Assembly (NCBI GenBank): GCA_001825315.1
Contig: MHVR01000015.1
Coordinates: 1 to 46,290, forward strand
Direction: 5' to 3'
DNA: 46,290 nucleotides
DNA from: Candidatus Zambryskibacteria bacterium RIFCSPHIGHO2_02_FULL_43_14
Lineage (GTDB): Bacteria; Patescibacteriota; Minisyncoccia; Phycocordibacterales; Zambryskibacteraceae
Every line of letters starts with the position of its first letter. The first letter of the stretch is position 1. The position numbers were made by a program, and so were the translations under genes. Of this stretch, positions 28,019-37,549 are shown piece after piece. The notes below the pieces were generated by a model. The model made no database searches. It saw nothing but the letters and a program-made list of their open reading frames with translations, and was not told the origin of the DNA.

Positions 28019-28462
28019 TTAATATTTCGCGCGTATGGCACGCTCCACGCGCCTAGGATTTGAAAGGTCACAAGTATTGTAACCCTTAGATTCTATAGTC
28101 GTCACTAAGACGTTACTGACATAAGCTTTAGTAACTGTCACAGAAACACAATAAGATTCAGGCGCCATAGTGAAAGAGAAGGTGGATAGAGGGCTTCCAC
28201 CAACGTTGAAAGAAGAGCCATTACAAGAGATGGTTGAGCCAGTCGAGGTGGAGAAAGCACTGAATCCAGCTGGATTTTTGACATCCCAATAGAGAGTGCA
28301 TTCGATTCCGGTGTCCGCGGCATAGAATGCATATTGGGATTCGCGACCAAAAGCAGATATAAGAGCTTGCCTGACTGCCAAGCTCACTATCCCTGTAGCA
28401 ACCAAGAGAAGTGTTCCTGTTATAACAATCGCCACAAAAAGTGTAAATCCTTGATTTTTCAT
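28019..28462 (-). CDS. PilX-like minor pilin / pilus assembly protein
   Basis: 147 aa starting MKNQGFTLFVAIVITGTLLLVATGI. The hydrophobic N-terminal helix lacks Glu5. It has an ATGA overlap with the upstream gene. Confidence 0.6.
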   Translation of the reverse strand: MKNQGFTLFVAIVITGTLLLVATGIVSLAVRQALISAFGRESQYAFYAADTGIECTLYWDVKNPAGFSAFSTSTGSTISCNGSSFNVGGSPLSTFSFTMAPESYCVSVTVTKAYVSNVLVTTIESKGYNTCDLSNPRRVERAIRAKY

Positions 28463-29001
28463 TGCCAGTTTAAAATATTTTCTCTAACTTTGAATTGTCT
28501 GTTAACTACCCCTTTTGACCAGTTGACTGTGACCAAAATTGAGACTTCTTTCGCATTTATCGACGTTAACATAACCTCCCTCATAAAAATTGTATCCGTC
28601 CAACTAGAATCGGAATTATAACCGAAAAAACCTGACGGACTTTGTCGAAGCACTGGACAACTTCCTGAAGTGTCACCGCATCTGACAAGAAAGGGTTGGC
28701 CAAGGGGTATGGGATCAACGCGACAGATTTTGCCGAATTCACATGGATCGCCTGAATTGGCAATGCCAGTAAGCCAATTTTGACCCTTAAGACTATTTTC
28801 ATCGCGAATATTTCTTATCTGCTCAAATCCCTCTTGAGCAAGAAAAAAAGCAATCGTTTGGTCTTTCGAAAAGATGTAGGATGAGATACCAATCTGTATT
28901 GCACTTGTCGCCCCCGTAACCGCAAGTACCAAAATGACGATAGCCACGAGACTTTCTACGATGGTAAACCCTTTGTCTTTTGTATGGTTGGCAGTATGCA
29001 T
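28459..29001 (-). CDS. minor pilin with prepilin-type N-terminal cleavage/methylation motif
   Basis: The ATG at 29001 gives MHTANHTKDKGFTIVESLVAIVILVLAV (G/FT..E motif). The ORF-track start at 29037 overlaps the upstream gene. Confidence 0.7.
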   Translation of the reverse strand: MHTANHTKDKGFTIVESLVAIVILVLAVTGATSAIQIGISSYIFSKDQTIAFFLAQEGFEQIRNIRDENSLKGQNWLTGIANSGDPCEFGKICRVDPIPLGQPFLVRCGDTSGSCPVLRQSPSGFFGYNSDSSWTDTIFMREVMLTSINAKEVSILVTVNWSKGVVNRQFKVRENILNWQ

Positions 29002-29008
29002 GACCGTG

Positions 29009-29536
29009 CTAAATATCAAGGACACGTTGAGAAACAAGGGTCTCTAGAGTGAAATCTGTCCGACCTTTACCCATCCCGGAGTGACTCTTGATTTTTATAA
29101 TCACCTTGGGCTGGAGCGTGTCACTATTAGCAGCACCAAGGGTATAGAAAGCAAGGTCATCGATGGTAATCTCCGGTGCGGTCACTGCGATAGATACACC
29201 GCTACCGCCCACTTCTTTTTCAATAGTTGTTCCGTTTAGACGGTAGGTGATCCGAGTACCATCACTGGAGAGAAAACTTAAAAGAGTATCTCCGCTTGGA
29301 CAATTTTGTGGTATAGCCCAATCACCGGAAGAGCCGCAGTGATAATTCTTACCAAACCGCACCTCTTTCGATATACTCTCGACAGCGAGATTGAGATTAT
29401 TGAGAACTGTTTTTAAAGATCTTGATTTGCGGTTAGCATCGACTACCCCAAGAATCGAGCTCATAGAGATAGTCATCACAATTATAAAAATAGATACAGC
29501 AACCATTAATTCAATTAATGTAAATCCATTTTTCAT
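29009..29536 (-). CDS. minor pilin / pseudopilin (prepilin N-terminal motif)
   Basis: MKNGFTLIELMVAVSIFIIVM. Confidence 0.75.
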   Translation of the reverse strand: MKNGFTLIELMVAVSIFIIVMTISMSSILGVVDANRKSRSLKTVLNNLNLAVESISKEVRFGKNYHCGSSGDWAIPQNCPSGDTLLSFLSSDGTRITYRLNGTTIEKEVGGSGVSIAVTAPEITIDDLAFYTLGAANSDTLQPKVIIKIKSHSGMGKGRTDFTLETLVSQRVLDI

Positions 29537-30156
29537 TGTACTGATACTTGACCCGTTTTATATACCGTGACAGATCTGGTTGCCCCATGAGAACTTACCA
29601 GTTTAATCTTAATTCCTTTATCGTTCGATGCGCTAATTTCATTCCCACCGGAGTTAAAAACTTTGATTTGAGCTTCAATACTAGGACGAGCAAAACTAAT
29701 ATCTACTCTCTTGGCTACATTACACTGATCAGCACCATTATTTCTCACTATACATAAATCTTCTATAACATTACCACGAGTGATATCAATTCGACTTAAG
29801 CACTCCGAAGCACCGCCTGTAGAACAAGACCAGTCCCCATCATACTTCTTGTCTCCATCGCGATCTGCAAAATAGAGATAAGCGGAATTAGATCCTTCAT
29901 TGGAGCCAGAAAGAATGCTGAAAGAAAGGCCATAAGAAGCATTAAAATTATCGGTGGAGAATTCCTTCACTGCTATACCATACACTTGGGTTTGAGAAAT
30001 TGTTGAGCTAATTTCATCAGCGAGATTAGTAAGCGCAGTACTATCAGTATAAGTTGACTGATTAAAAACTATTATCGTCAAGATAACAGACATTATGGCA
30101 ATAGTGACCAATAGTTCGACTAAAGTAAACCCGCTATTTTTAGAACAACGCGACAT
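29533..30156 (-). CDS. minor pilin, GspH/FimT-like (prepilin N-terminal motif)
   Basis: MSRCSKNSGFTLVELLVTIAIMSVIL. It overlaps the pilD 3' end by 17 nt. Confidence 0.7.
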   Translation of the reverse strand: MSRCSKNSGFTLVELLVTIAIMSVILTIIVFNQSTYTDSTALTNLADEISSTISQTQVYGIAVKEFSTDNFNASYGLSFSILSGSNEGSNSAYLYFADRDGDKKYDGDWSCSTGGASECLSRIDITRGNVIEDLCIVRNNGADQCNVAKRVDISFARPSIEAQIKVFNSGGNEISASNDKGIKIKLVSSHGATRSVTVYKTGQVSVQ

Positions 30157-30892
30157 GAAATATGTTGAGATGAAACATTAGAGACATCCAAGCGCCGACC
30201 ACAATAAAGGGGGCGAATGGAATCTCGCTCTTCATTGTAAGCCTTTTAGTATTTTTTAGAAAGTCTATCTTGTTTAAAAAAAGATACGCTAGAGAACCAA
30301 GCGCCCCGATCCAAAAAGCGAGAACGATGGCAGAGAAACCTTGTGATGCTCCAAGAAGAAGGCCGACCGAGAGTCCGAGTTTGGCATCGCCAAAACCCAT
30401 AGCTCTGCCACGACTTAGAAACCAGATTGAAGCGAAGAAGGCGAATAAAATCGGTCCCGAGAACCAATCGAGAAGAGTGTAATGAATAAAGAATAAAGGG
30501 ATGGTTAAGCTTAAGAGGATGGCAGAATAAACTAAAGGATTCGGAATAATTTTGTGCCTTAGGTCATAAATAGTGATAACAATATAAACGCAGAAAACAG
30601 GTATAAAAATGTAGGGAACAGTGGCAAATATCAATCCGGTCCAGAGTTCTACTATGGGATACTGCCATGAAATCTTCCCGCCGCAACTCAAGCATCGCCC
30701 ACGGAGAATAAGGAAACTAAATATAGGAATGAGCTCATACCATTCGAGAACCTTTCTGCAAGAAGGGCAAGACGACCTACCACCAAGAGTTGATAAAACC
30801 CCGCCGTGACGAAGTAAGTCCCAGCGCAATCCGACAACATTAAGAAAACTGCCAACTATGGCACCCAAGACGAAAAGAAAAACATTAATCAT
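30140..30892 (-). CDS. pilD: prepilin peptidase (A24 family)
   Basis: 250 aa, polytopic. It has an N-terminal Cys-rich segment (CPSCRKVL...GRCLSCG) and two catalytic Asp contexts (IYDLRHKIIPN and GFGDAKL). Confidence 0.88.
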   Translation of the reverse strand: MINVFLFVLGAIVGSFLNVVGLRWDLLRHGGVLSTLGGRSSCPSCRKVLEWYELIPIFSFLILRGRCLSCGGKISWQYPIVELWTGLIFATVPYIFIPVFCVYIVITIYDLRHKIIPNPLVYSAILLSLTIPLFFIHYTLLDWFSGPILFAFFASIWFLSRGRAMGFGDAKLGLSVGLLLGASQGFSAIVLAFWIGALGSLAYLFLNKIDFLKNTKRLTMKSEIPFAPFIVVGAWMSLMFHLNIFHVALF

Positions 30893-30918
30893 CTTTAGAT
30901 TATAACAACTCTATCTAT

Positions 30919-31374
30919 CTAACACGCCGTACCATTGATAGCTGTATCTCGAGCTTTGGAATTACCTAGACTATCTACACACCATGAGTTCGTTCCGCCA
31001 GCTCCGGGTAAGAGAGCCGATATTGCATAGGCGCTAGCAGTAGAATAACAAGTAAGAGTGGCGCCGGTCGGATAGTTGGCTTGTGTGGCGTATGTGGCCA
31101 TACTCGAAGTAATATCGGTAAACATAGAATTAGGCGTATTGCAAGGACCGAAAATGTTGCCGGCGGAACCATTATAGCTACTGTTGTTATTAGAAAAGTA
31201 GAGCTCTGCAGTAGAACGCGCCCTGGAAAGTTGAGCTTTAACCTTCGTATCATTACCTCTGCCACGCGCATTGGTCACATAATCAATAACTATAGAAAAA
31301 ATTATACCAATAATAGTAATGGAAACCAGAAGTTCTATCAATGTAAAACCTTTTTTTCTCTCTTCTATTTCCAT
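30919..31374 (-). CDS. type IV pilin (paralog 3)
   Basis: The ATG at 31374 forms a TAATG overlap with the upstream stop and gives MEIEERKKGFTLIELLVSITIIGI. There is a C-terminal Cys pair (WCVDS...GTAC). The ORF-track start at 31383 is a TTG. Confidence 0.8.
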   Translation of the reverse strand: MEIEERKKGFTLIELLVSITIIGIIFSIVIDYVTNARGRGNDTKVKAQLSRARSTAELYFSNNNSSYNGSAGNIFGPCNTPNSMFTDITSSMATYATQANYPTGATLTCYSTASAYAISALLPGAGGTNSWCVDSLGNSKARDTAINGTAC

Positions 31375-31820
31375 TATGGACAAGAAACTTCTCCGTCTAA
31401 GAGATTGACCAGAATTTGTCTGGAAGCCCCAGTACTATCTACACACCAAGCGGCCGTAGTAGTTGACAAAAGCAACGCTGAAACTGCATAAGCAGAAGTA
31501 TCTGTATGACACGAGAGTGTAGCGCCAGCTGGATAATTAGTCTGCGTAGTGTACTGGAGCATCCCAGAATCAACATCCTCAAAGAAATCTGGAGTAATAT
31601 CAGAGCATGAATCAGAAACTACGGTACCGTAATGACTGTTCGTATCGTAATAGACCTCCGCGGCGGCTCGAAGACCCGCCAGTTGCGCCTTAACCTTGGC
31701 ATCATTACCCTTACCTCGGGCAGTATTGAGAGACGCCAGCACTACGGATGAGAGGATACCAATGATGGCGATGACCACCAGAAGTTCGATCAGGGTGAAA
31801 CCTTTTGTCCCTTCAATCAT
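31374..31820 (-). CDS. type IV pilin (paralog 2)
   Basis: MIEGTKGFTLIELLVVIAIIGILSSVVLASLNTARGKGNDAKVKAQL, with a C-terminal Cys pair (WCVDS...VSCP). Confidence 0.85.
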   Translation of the reverse strand: MIEGTKGFTLIELLVVIAIIGILSSVVLASLNTARGKGNDAKVKAQLAGLRAAAEVYYDTNSHYGTVVSDSCSDITPDFFEDVDSGMLQYTTQTNYPAGATLSCHTDTSAYAVSALLLSTTTAAWCVDSTGASRQILVNLLDGEVSCP

Positions 31821-31857
31821 GTTAGAATTGTATTTTTATTATGGTCAGACACTACCT

Positions 31858-32283
31858 TTAGCAAGCGAAGTCAGAGGCACCGACTGTGAGACCTACTGTA
31901 CCTTTGGATGTTCCAATACTGTCAATACACCAATATGTATTCGTTCCTTCTGCTACACTGAGTGGTACTGCTACACCATAAGCTGTACCGGAAGAAAAAC
32001 AAGAAACTGCTGGGCTGCCAGGATAGTTAGAGGATAAGAGATATGGCGCTACTGCTGGGTCAGCTGAAGCACAGAGGTTAGTATAGGTTTGTGCGGCATC
32101 GTAGAATATCTCCGCACCTGCTCTCAACCCAGAAAGTTGAGCTTTGATTTTGGCATTGTTACCCTTATTGCGAGCCGTATTCAACGACGCCAGCACTACC
32201 GATGAGAGAATACCGATGATAGCGATGACCACCAGAAGTTCGATGAGGGTAAAGCCAGCGACACTTTGTCCTTTTCTAATCAT
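31858..32283 (-). CDS. type IV pilin (paralog 1, probably the major pilin)
   Basis: The ATG at 32283 gives MIRKGQSVAGFTLIELLVVIAIIGILSSVVLASLNTARNKGNNAKIKAQL. There is a C-terminal Cys pair (WCIDS...DFAC). The ORF track starts at 32319. Confidence 0.85.
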   Translation of the reverse strand: MIRKGQSVAGFTLIELLVVIAIIGILSSVVLASLNTARNKGNNAKIKAQLSGLRAGAEIFYDAAQTYTNLCASADPAVAPYLLSSNYPGSPAVSCFSSGTAYGVAVPLSVAEGTNTYWCIDSIGTSKGTVGLTVGASDFAC

Positions 32284-32347
32284 ATTCTTAAGAATTTTAT
32301 TCATAAACTTGTAAATCACCTATTAAGTGAGTACTTAATATTATACT

Positions 32348-33556
32348 CTAAAGCCCGGCGGAATTGGCAATATCGTATATGGGGATAAGTACGGAGGCCA
32401 TAAGAACACCTACCCCGATGCCCAATAGAACAATCATTACTGGCTCGATTAGACCCACCAAAGTATCTACCGCATTAATCACTTCTCTCTGGTAAAAATG
32501 AGCCATGGTGCCCAAAATCGAGCCGAGTTCTCCTGTCTCTTCACCCACTCGTATCATTTGAACAAGGATGCTTGGAATTTCTTCATATTGAGAAAGAGAC
32601 TGGGAAAACGAGCTACCACTCTTCACAGCCAAGAGGGTCTCTTCAAGAATCTGCTTGTAAACTTCATTACCAACTACTGATGCGGTTACCTCAATGGCTT
32701 TAATCATAGAAATACCGGAGAGAATCATGGTATTCAGGTTGTCTGCAATAATAGAAAGATAGAGCTTTTTATAAAGATTACCTACATAAGGTACAGATAA
32801 TTTCAAACGGGCCAATGCTCTTCTTCCTTCAACTGTGCGTGTGTAATGCACGACGAAAAATCCTAAAATAATCAGAGCGACAGGCAAAACAATGCCATAA
32901 TTAATGATGAAATCACTGACAGCAAAGACAATTTGAGTATATAACGGTATTGTTTGGCCAGACTCGACGATGATAAGACTTATTTTCGGTATGATGACTG
33001 TGAACATCAACGCCATGACCGCAATGAAAACAGTGATAACGAAGGCAGGATAAATTAGGGCGTTTTTGGCCTTGGAAACCACCTCGTAGTTGCGGTCGAG
33101 ATAATCGGCCAAATAATCAAAAGTTTTGTTCAATTTACCTGTCTCCTCGCCGGACTTAACCATATTAACGTAGAACTCGGAGAAGATGCTTGGGTGTTTG
33201 GCAAGAGCCTTGGAAATAGTGTTGCCCGCTTGAAGATCTTCCGCAACCTGAACTAAACTTTTCTTGAGAGTTTGATTCTCCACTTCACCCGAGAGAAGAG
33301 TAAATATTTTGAGGGCAGAAACTTGCGCCTCAAAGAGTGTGGCCATCTGTCGCGAAAGCATGACAATATCCTTATGCGAAACACCGGAGGTAAATTGGAT
33401 CTTGGATAACCACGACTCTTTGTCTGCCGGTTCTATTTCAGCAACAATCAGTCCTCGCTTCTGCAAAGAACCTACGGCCACATCTAAGGAAATGGCTTCG
33501 ATTGAACCGGCAACTTGTTTCCCTGAATTTTCAAGAGCTTGATAATTAAAAAGCAT
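32348..33556 (-). CDS. pilC: type IV pilus inner-membrane platform protein (GspF/PilC family)
   Basis: 402 aa. It has two T2SSF-like repeats (SRQMATLFEAQVSALKIF and SILVQMIRVGEETGEL) and three TM segments. Confidence 0.88.
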   Translation of the reverse strand: MLFNYQALENSGKQVAGSIEAISLDVAVGSLQKRGLIVAEIEPADKESWLSKIQFTSGVSHKDIVMLSRQMATLFEAQVSALKIFTLLSGEVENQTLKKSLVQVAEDLQAGNTISKALAKHPSIFSEFYVNMVKSGEETGKLNKTFDYLADYLDRNYEVVSKAKNALIYPAFVITVFIAVMALMFTVIIPKISLIIVESGQTIPLYTQIVFAVSDFIINYGIVLPVALIILGFFVVHYTRTVEGRRALARLKLSVPYVGNLYKKLYLSIIADNLNTMILSGISMIKAIEVTASVVGNEVYKQILEETLLAVKSGSSFSQSLSQYEEIPSILVQMIRVGEETGELGSILGTMAHFYQREVINAVDTLVGLIEPVMIVLLGIGVGVLMASVLIPIYDIANSAGL

Positions 33557-33599
33557 TAGTTTTAATTGAAAATTCTAAATTGAAAATTGAAAATTCTTT

Positions 33600-34697
33600 T
33601 CATATCATACGCTCAAGTGTCTTAGGACTAGAGGAAAATTGAAAAGCGTTCTCTACCGTCACTTCTCCCTTCCTTACCAAATCGGCCAAACACCGATCAA
33701 GACCAACCATTCCTTCTTCCGAGCTCGTTTCAATAACCGAACTAATCTCATGAGTACGCCTCTCGCGAATAAGATTCGCAGTAGCATTGTTGTTGATGAG
33801 AAGCTCATATGCTGGAATAAGCCCCCCGGAGATACGAGGCAAGAGACGCTGTGAGAATATGCCCAAGAGAGAACCTGCGAGCTGGACACGAATCTGGGTC
33901 TGTTGATCGGCTGGAAACGAATCAATAATACGATCAACTGTCTGACTAGCAGTATTAGTATGTAAGGTCGAGAGAACCAGATGGCCAGTCTCGGCGGCGG
34001 TAACCGCAGTTGAGATAGTTTCTGGGTCACGCATCTCACCTATCATTACAATGTCAGCATCCTGACGAAAAACGCCTCGAAGAGCAGTGTGGAAATCGGG
34101 GGTATCGGTCTTGACCTCACGCTGGTCAATAATAGCTTTCTTCGATTCAAAAATATATTCAATAGGATCTTCAATAGTGATAATATGTTCAAGCCGTTCA
34201 AGATTGATGGTCTCGATCATGGTAGCCAGAGTGGTTGATTTACCAACCCCTATTGGGCCAACAACCAAAAAGAAACCTTGCTGACGTTTGACGAAGGTAT
34301 TGAGAATAGACGGTAAATTGAGATCCTCAAAACTCTTCACTTCAGTCGGCACCAACCGCATAGCCACACTCACTCTGCCAAGTGTCAAGAAAGCGTTGCA
34401 ACGGAAACGTGGTCCGCTCGATTGACCATTCGGGCGAACGAGTTTATCTTTATGACTATAAGCGAAATTAGTTTCCTTGAAATTTTCAAACTCTTGCCTT
34501 TCTCCGGGAGAAAGAAAGGTCGACAGAAATCCGGACATATCTTCTTTCGAAAGTATGGGTATTTTTATCAATGGTATCAGGAAGCCGGAGACTCGAATAA
34601 TCGGTGACTTACCTTCAGAGAGATGCAGGTCGGAGCCGCCCTCTTTGACCACTATTTCAATGAGCTCATCTAAAAGTTTTTCTTGAGAGATAGACAT
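33600..34697 (-). CDS. pilT: type IV pilus retraction ATPase (PilT family)
   Basis: 365 aa. It has Walker A GPIGVGKSTT, an Asp box and Walker B (DADIVMIGEMRD), and the His box GHLVLSTLHTNTASQTVDRIID. Confidence 0.88.
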   Translation of the reverse strand: MSISQEKLLDELIEIVVKEGGSDLHLSEGKSPIIRVSGFLIPLIKIPILSKEDMSGFLSTFLSPGERQEFENFKETNFAYSHKDKLVRPNGQSSGPRFRCNAFLTLGRVSVAMRLVPTEVKSFEDLNLPSILNTFVKRQQGFFLVVGPIGVGKSTTLATMIETINLERLEHIITIEDPIEYIFESKKAIIDQREVKTDTPDFHTALRGVFRQDADIVMIGEMRDPETISTAVTAAETGHLVLSTLHTNTASQTVDRIIDSFPADQQTQIRVQLAGSLLGIFSQRLLPRISGGLIPAYELLINNNATANLIRERRTHEISSVIETSSEEGMVGLDRCLADLVRKGEVTVENAFQFSSSPKTLERMI

Positions 34698-34698
34698 G

Positions 34699-35088
34699 TT
34701 ATTTGGTTTTTAGATCGGCAATCTCCCTGACTCTCTCGACCACTTCCGTCGGAATGCTTGTAGCTTTTACTATATATCCTTTAATACCGAGTGACTTGGC
34801 CTTATCAATTTTTTCCCGATTGCTTTCATTGGTGAGCATGATGACAACCGAATCAGGAGAAAGCTTTTCCTTGCGAATTACTTCAAGAAGTTCCAGACCA
34901 TCCATCCCCGGCATTATGATATCTAGAATAAGGATGTCCGGCTTGGCGCCGCCGCGCAGTTTAGCAAGGGTATCCTCGGAACCGACAGCCACGTCCACGA
35001 CAGCGCCGTCGCGTTCAAATTTCTTTCGATACATGTCGAGAAGAAACTTGTCGTCATCCACTATAAGCACGGTGTATTTTTTACTCAT
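34699..35088 (-). CDS. stand-alone CheY-like response regulator receiver
   Basis: The ATG at 35088 gives MSKKYTVLIVDDDKFLLD. The phospho-acceptor context is ILDIIMPGMDG, with T in MLTN and K in YIVKA. There is no output domain. The ORF-track start at 35154 overlaps pilB. Confidence 0.85.
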   Translation of the reverse strand: MSKKYTVLIVDDDKFLLDMYRKKFERDGAVVDVAVGSEDTLAKLRGGAKPDILILDIIMPGMDGLELLEVIRKEKLSPDSVVIMLTNESNREKIDKAKSLGIKGYIVKATSIPTEVVERVREIADLKTK

Positions 35089-35095
35089 GGTTCTA

Positions 35096-36682
35096 TTATA
35101 GCGTATTAATTTCCTCAAAAGGAATAATTCTCTGAAAGGCCTTAAGAATGGCATCTTCTTTCATAGAAAGCATTCCTTTAGCGCGTGCCACTTTGTAAAG
35201 CTCTATCTCCGTCGGGTCCTTGAGGATAACCGCCTCAATTTCCTTGTCCATCTCGAGCACTTCCACCACTGCGACACGTCCAGAAGTGCCATTCAGACAT
35301 TCGGGCGTTTGCTCGATTTCATAAACCTCTTTACCAAAAGTAATTTGTTTTCTGAATACTGGAGGCAAATCTTCGAATTGCTTTTCGATCATCAAGTTGA
35401 TGGAATCTCCCACAATCATCGGTTTACCACCATTTAGACAGAGTTTACGCACCAATCTCTGGGCCATGGTGAGAACAAGCGTAGGAGCGATTAAAAAAGG
35501 ATCGACTCCCATGTCTATCAATCGCGGTATGGCGCCAATGGCATTGTTGGTGTGAAGAGTTGAGAAAACCAAGTGGCCAGTCAGAGCCGCTTGGATGGCA
35601 AGTTGAGCTGTCTCTTTGTCTCGAATCTCCCCCACCATAATGATATCCGGGTCTTGGCGCAAAGTAGTACGTAAACCTGTGGCAAAGGTGTAATCTATTT
35701 CGGGATGAATCTGAGATTGTGAGACACCATCTATGCTGTACTCGACCGGATCTTCAAGTGAGAGCACGTTGCTATGATCTTTGTCCACCTCGCCCAGCAT
35801 CGCATAGAGAGTAGTCGACTTGCCTGAACCAGTCGGACCAGTAATGAGAATCAAGCCGTACGGATATTTGAGTACTTTTCTTATTGTTTTCAGATTTGCT
35901 TCGGAAAAGCCCATGTCGTCAAGAGTTCTCAATCCTTGAGACTGGTCGAGAATACGCATTACGACTTTCTCTCCGTAATAAGTCGGGAAAGTTGAGACAC
36001 GAAAATCGATCTTTCTTTCTTCGATTTTGGCAGAGAAACGACCGTCTTGAGGTTTACGTTTTTCGTCTAGACGCATATTTGAGAGAATCTTGATGCGAGC
36101 CACCACCGCCGAGTGTACTTTTACAGGTAGAGTAAGAGAGGTATTGAGCTGACCATCGACACGAAAACGAACACGAACATTGTCGTGCGTTGGCTCTATG
36201 TGAATATCGGAAGCTTTTCCTTCAGTAGCATAACTTAAGATGGTAGCAACAATCTTGGTGACCGGGGCATCCTCCACTATCTTGGCTGCGGATGATTCTT
36301 TGACCTCTTCACTTTTAATTTCTTGGGTAATACTTGTCGAGAGTTCTGATTCAAGCTCGGTAAGTGCCTTAGTAACCTCTCCGGTAATCCCTTTGTATTT
36401 CTCAAGCATTGTCTCAAAATCATCCTCACTAATGAGAAACAATTTATAAGGCATGGCGATGCGTGATGAAATAAAATTAAGCGCATCACGAGCTTCTAAG
36501 TCATTCGGATTGGTGGCGCCCACTTCCAGCACCCCATCTTTTACCCCTATTGGCACTATCCGGTAATGTTCGGCTGACTCTTGCGGTATATACTCGAATA
36601 TTTTACCTGAGACTTCTACACCTTCGAGACTTCTTGTTGGAACGTCGGGAAGAGACCCGTTACTCTTGGCGGGGCTGGGCAT
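35096..36682 (-). CDS. pilB: type IV pilus assembly ATPase (GspE/PilB family)
   Basis: 528 aa. It has a T2SSE_N-like N-terminal domain, Walker A GPTGSGKSTT, DPDIIMVGEIRD and GHLVFSTLHTNNAIGAIPRLIDMG. Confidence 0.9.
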   Translation of the reverse strand: MPSPAKSNGSLPDVPTRSLEGVEVSGKIFEYIPQESAEHYRIVPIGVKDGVLEVGATNPNDLEARDALNFISSRIAMPYKLFLISEDDFETMLEKYKGITGEVTKALTELESELSTSITQEIKSEEVKESSAAKIVEDAPVTKIVATILSYATEGKASDIHIEPTHDNVRVRFRVDGQLNTSLTLPVKVHSAVVARIKILSNMRLDEKRKPQDGRFSAKIEERKIDFRVSTFPTYYGEKVVMRILDQSQGLRTLDDMGFSEANLKTIRKVLKYPYGLILITGPTGSGKSTTLYAMLGEVDKDHSNVLSLEDPVEYSIDGVSQSQIHPEIDYTFATGLRTTLRQDPDIIMVGEIRDKETAQLAIQAALTGHLVFSTLHTNNAIGAIPRLIDMGVDPFLIAPTLVLTMAQRLVRKLCLNGGKPMIVGDSINLMIEKQFEDLPPVFRKQITFGKEVYEIEQTPECLNGTSGRVAVVEVLEMDKEIEAVILKDPTEIELYKVARAKGMLSMKEDAILKAFQRIIPFEEINTL

Positions 36683-36687
36683 CGTCT

Positions 36688-36981
36688 TTAATTTCTGCCT
36701 ATAATATCAAAAGGATTGGACCTACCAGTCGGTTGCGAAGGAACGCTGATACTGAAATCAGTTAGCAAGAGATATCCGGGAGAGGAAAAAAGCGTTTTAT
36801 CTAAGGTCACCGCTTGAAGTTCTTTCTGTGTCTTCACCAAATTATCTCCGATATTTGAGGCCGATAATTCACTTGGTACTGGATCTGTTTCTGATTTAAA
36901 GAAGAGATTGTACAAAAATATGACCAAGATGAAAATGGCAACCGTTGCTAATATTCCTTTATTTTTTGCAAGTGTTTTCAT
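36688..36981 (-). CDS. small N-terminally anchored pilus-locus protein (PilP-like R[DN]PF motif)
   Basis: 97 aa with a TM anchor (ILATVAIFILVIFLYNLFF) and a C-terminal GRSNPFD. Confidence 0.55.
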   Translation of the reverse strand: MKTLAKNKGILATVAIFILVIFLYNLFFKSETDPVPSELSASNIGDNLVKTQKELQAVTLDKTLFSSPGYLLLTDFSISVPSQPTGRSNPFDIIGRN

Positions 36982-37005
36982 GTCATTGATAGTAAGTTCA
37001 TTGAA

Positions 37006-37548
37006 TTATTTTAGCCAGTATGTTTCGGCTGATATCTGATAGTCATAAAGGCCTGACTCACTCGCTCTGAAGGATATGGACTTAACATTCATCATCCGCA
37101 AACTTATTTCTATGTCAGCAAGCAGGCGCATGAAATTTTCATAATCCGAAACAAAACTAAAGGAGATTGTGGCTTTTTCATAGACTTCACCCGACCCCTG
37201 CAAAATTACGTTATCCGCATCTTCATTTGTTCCGACGGTAACCTGGACACTTTTAATAGAGACGCCGTAACGTGCAGCCATACCATCAAGATCAAAAGCC
37301 AGTCGCACCGTATCGATATTGTCCGGCAACACTTTGCTTATACGGTCTATTTCTATTTTTGGGATAGTGCCATAATCCAAGAGTAGAGCCTCTCTTAGTT
37401 CAGCAATGGCAATAATGTTTTGCAAAACGTTCTGGTACTCACCCGTAAGAGTATACAATTTTTTAACATCTTGATATTGGGTATTAGTAAAGGTGTAGAA
37501 AAGCCCGACGGATAAGAGAAGTAAAACGATGGCAGTGTTGTTTCTCAT
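37006..37548 (-). CDS. pilO: PilO-like pilus assembly protein
   Basis: 180 aa with an N-terminal TM segment, then a coiled region and a ferredoxin-like C-terminal part. It sits between the pilN-like gene and pilB. Confidence 0.6.
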   Translation of the reverse strand: MRNNTAIVLLLLSVGLFYTFTNTQYQDVKKLYTLTGEYQNVLQNIIAIAELREALLLDYGTIPKIEIDRISKVLPDNIDTVRLAFDLDGMAARYGVSIKSVQVTVGTNEDADNVILQGSGEVYEKATISFSFVSDYENFMRLLADIEISLRMMNVKSISFRASESGLYDYQISAETYWLK

Positions 37549-37549
37549 T

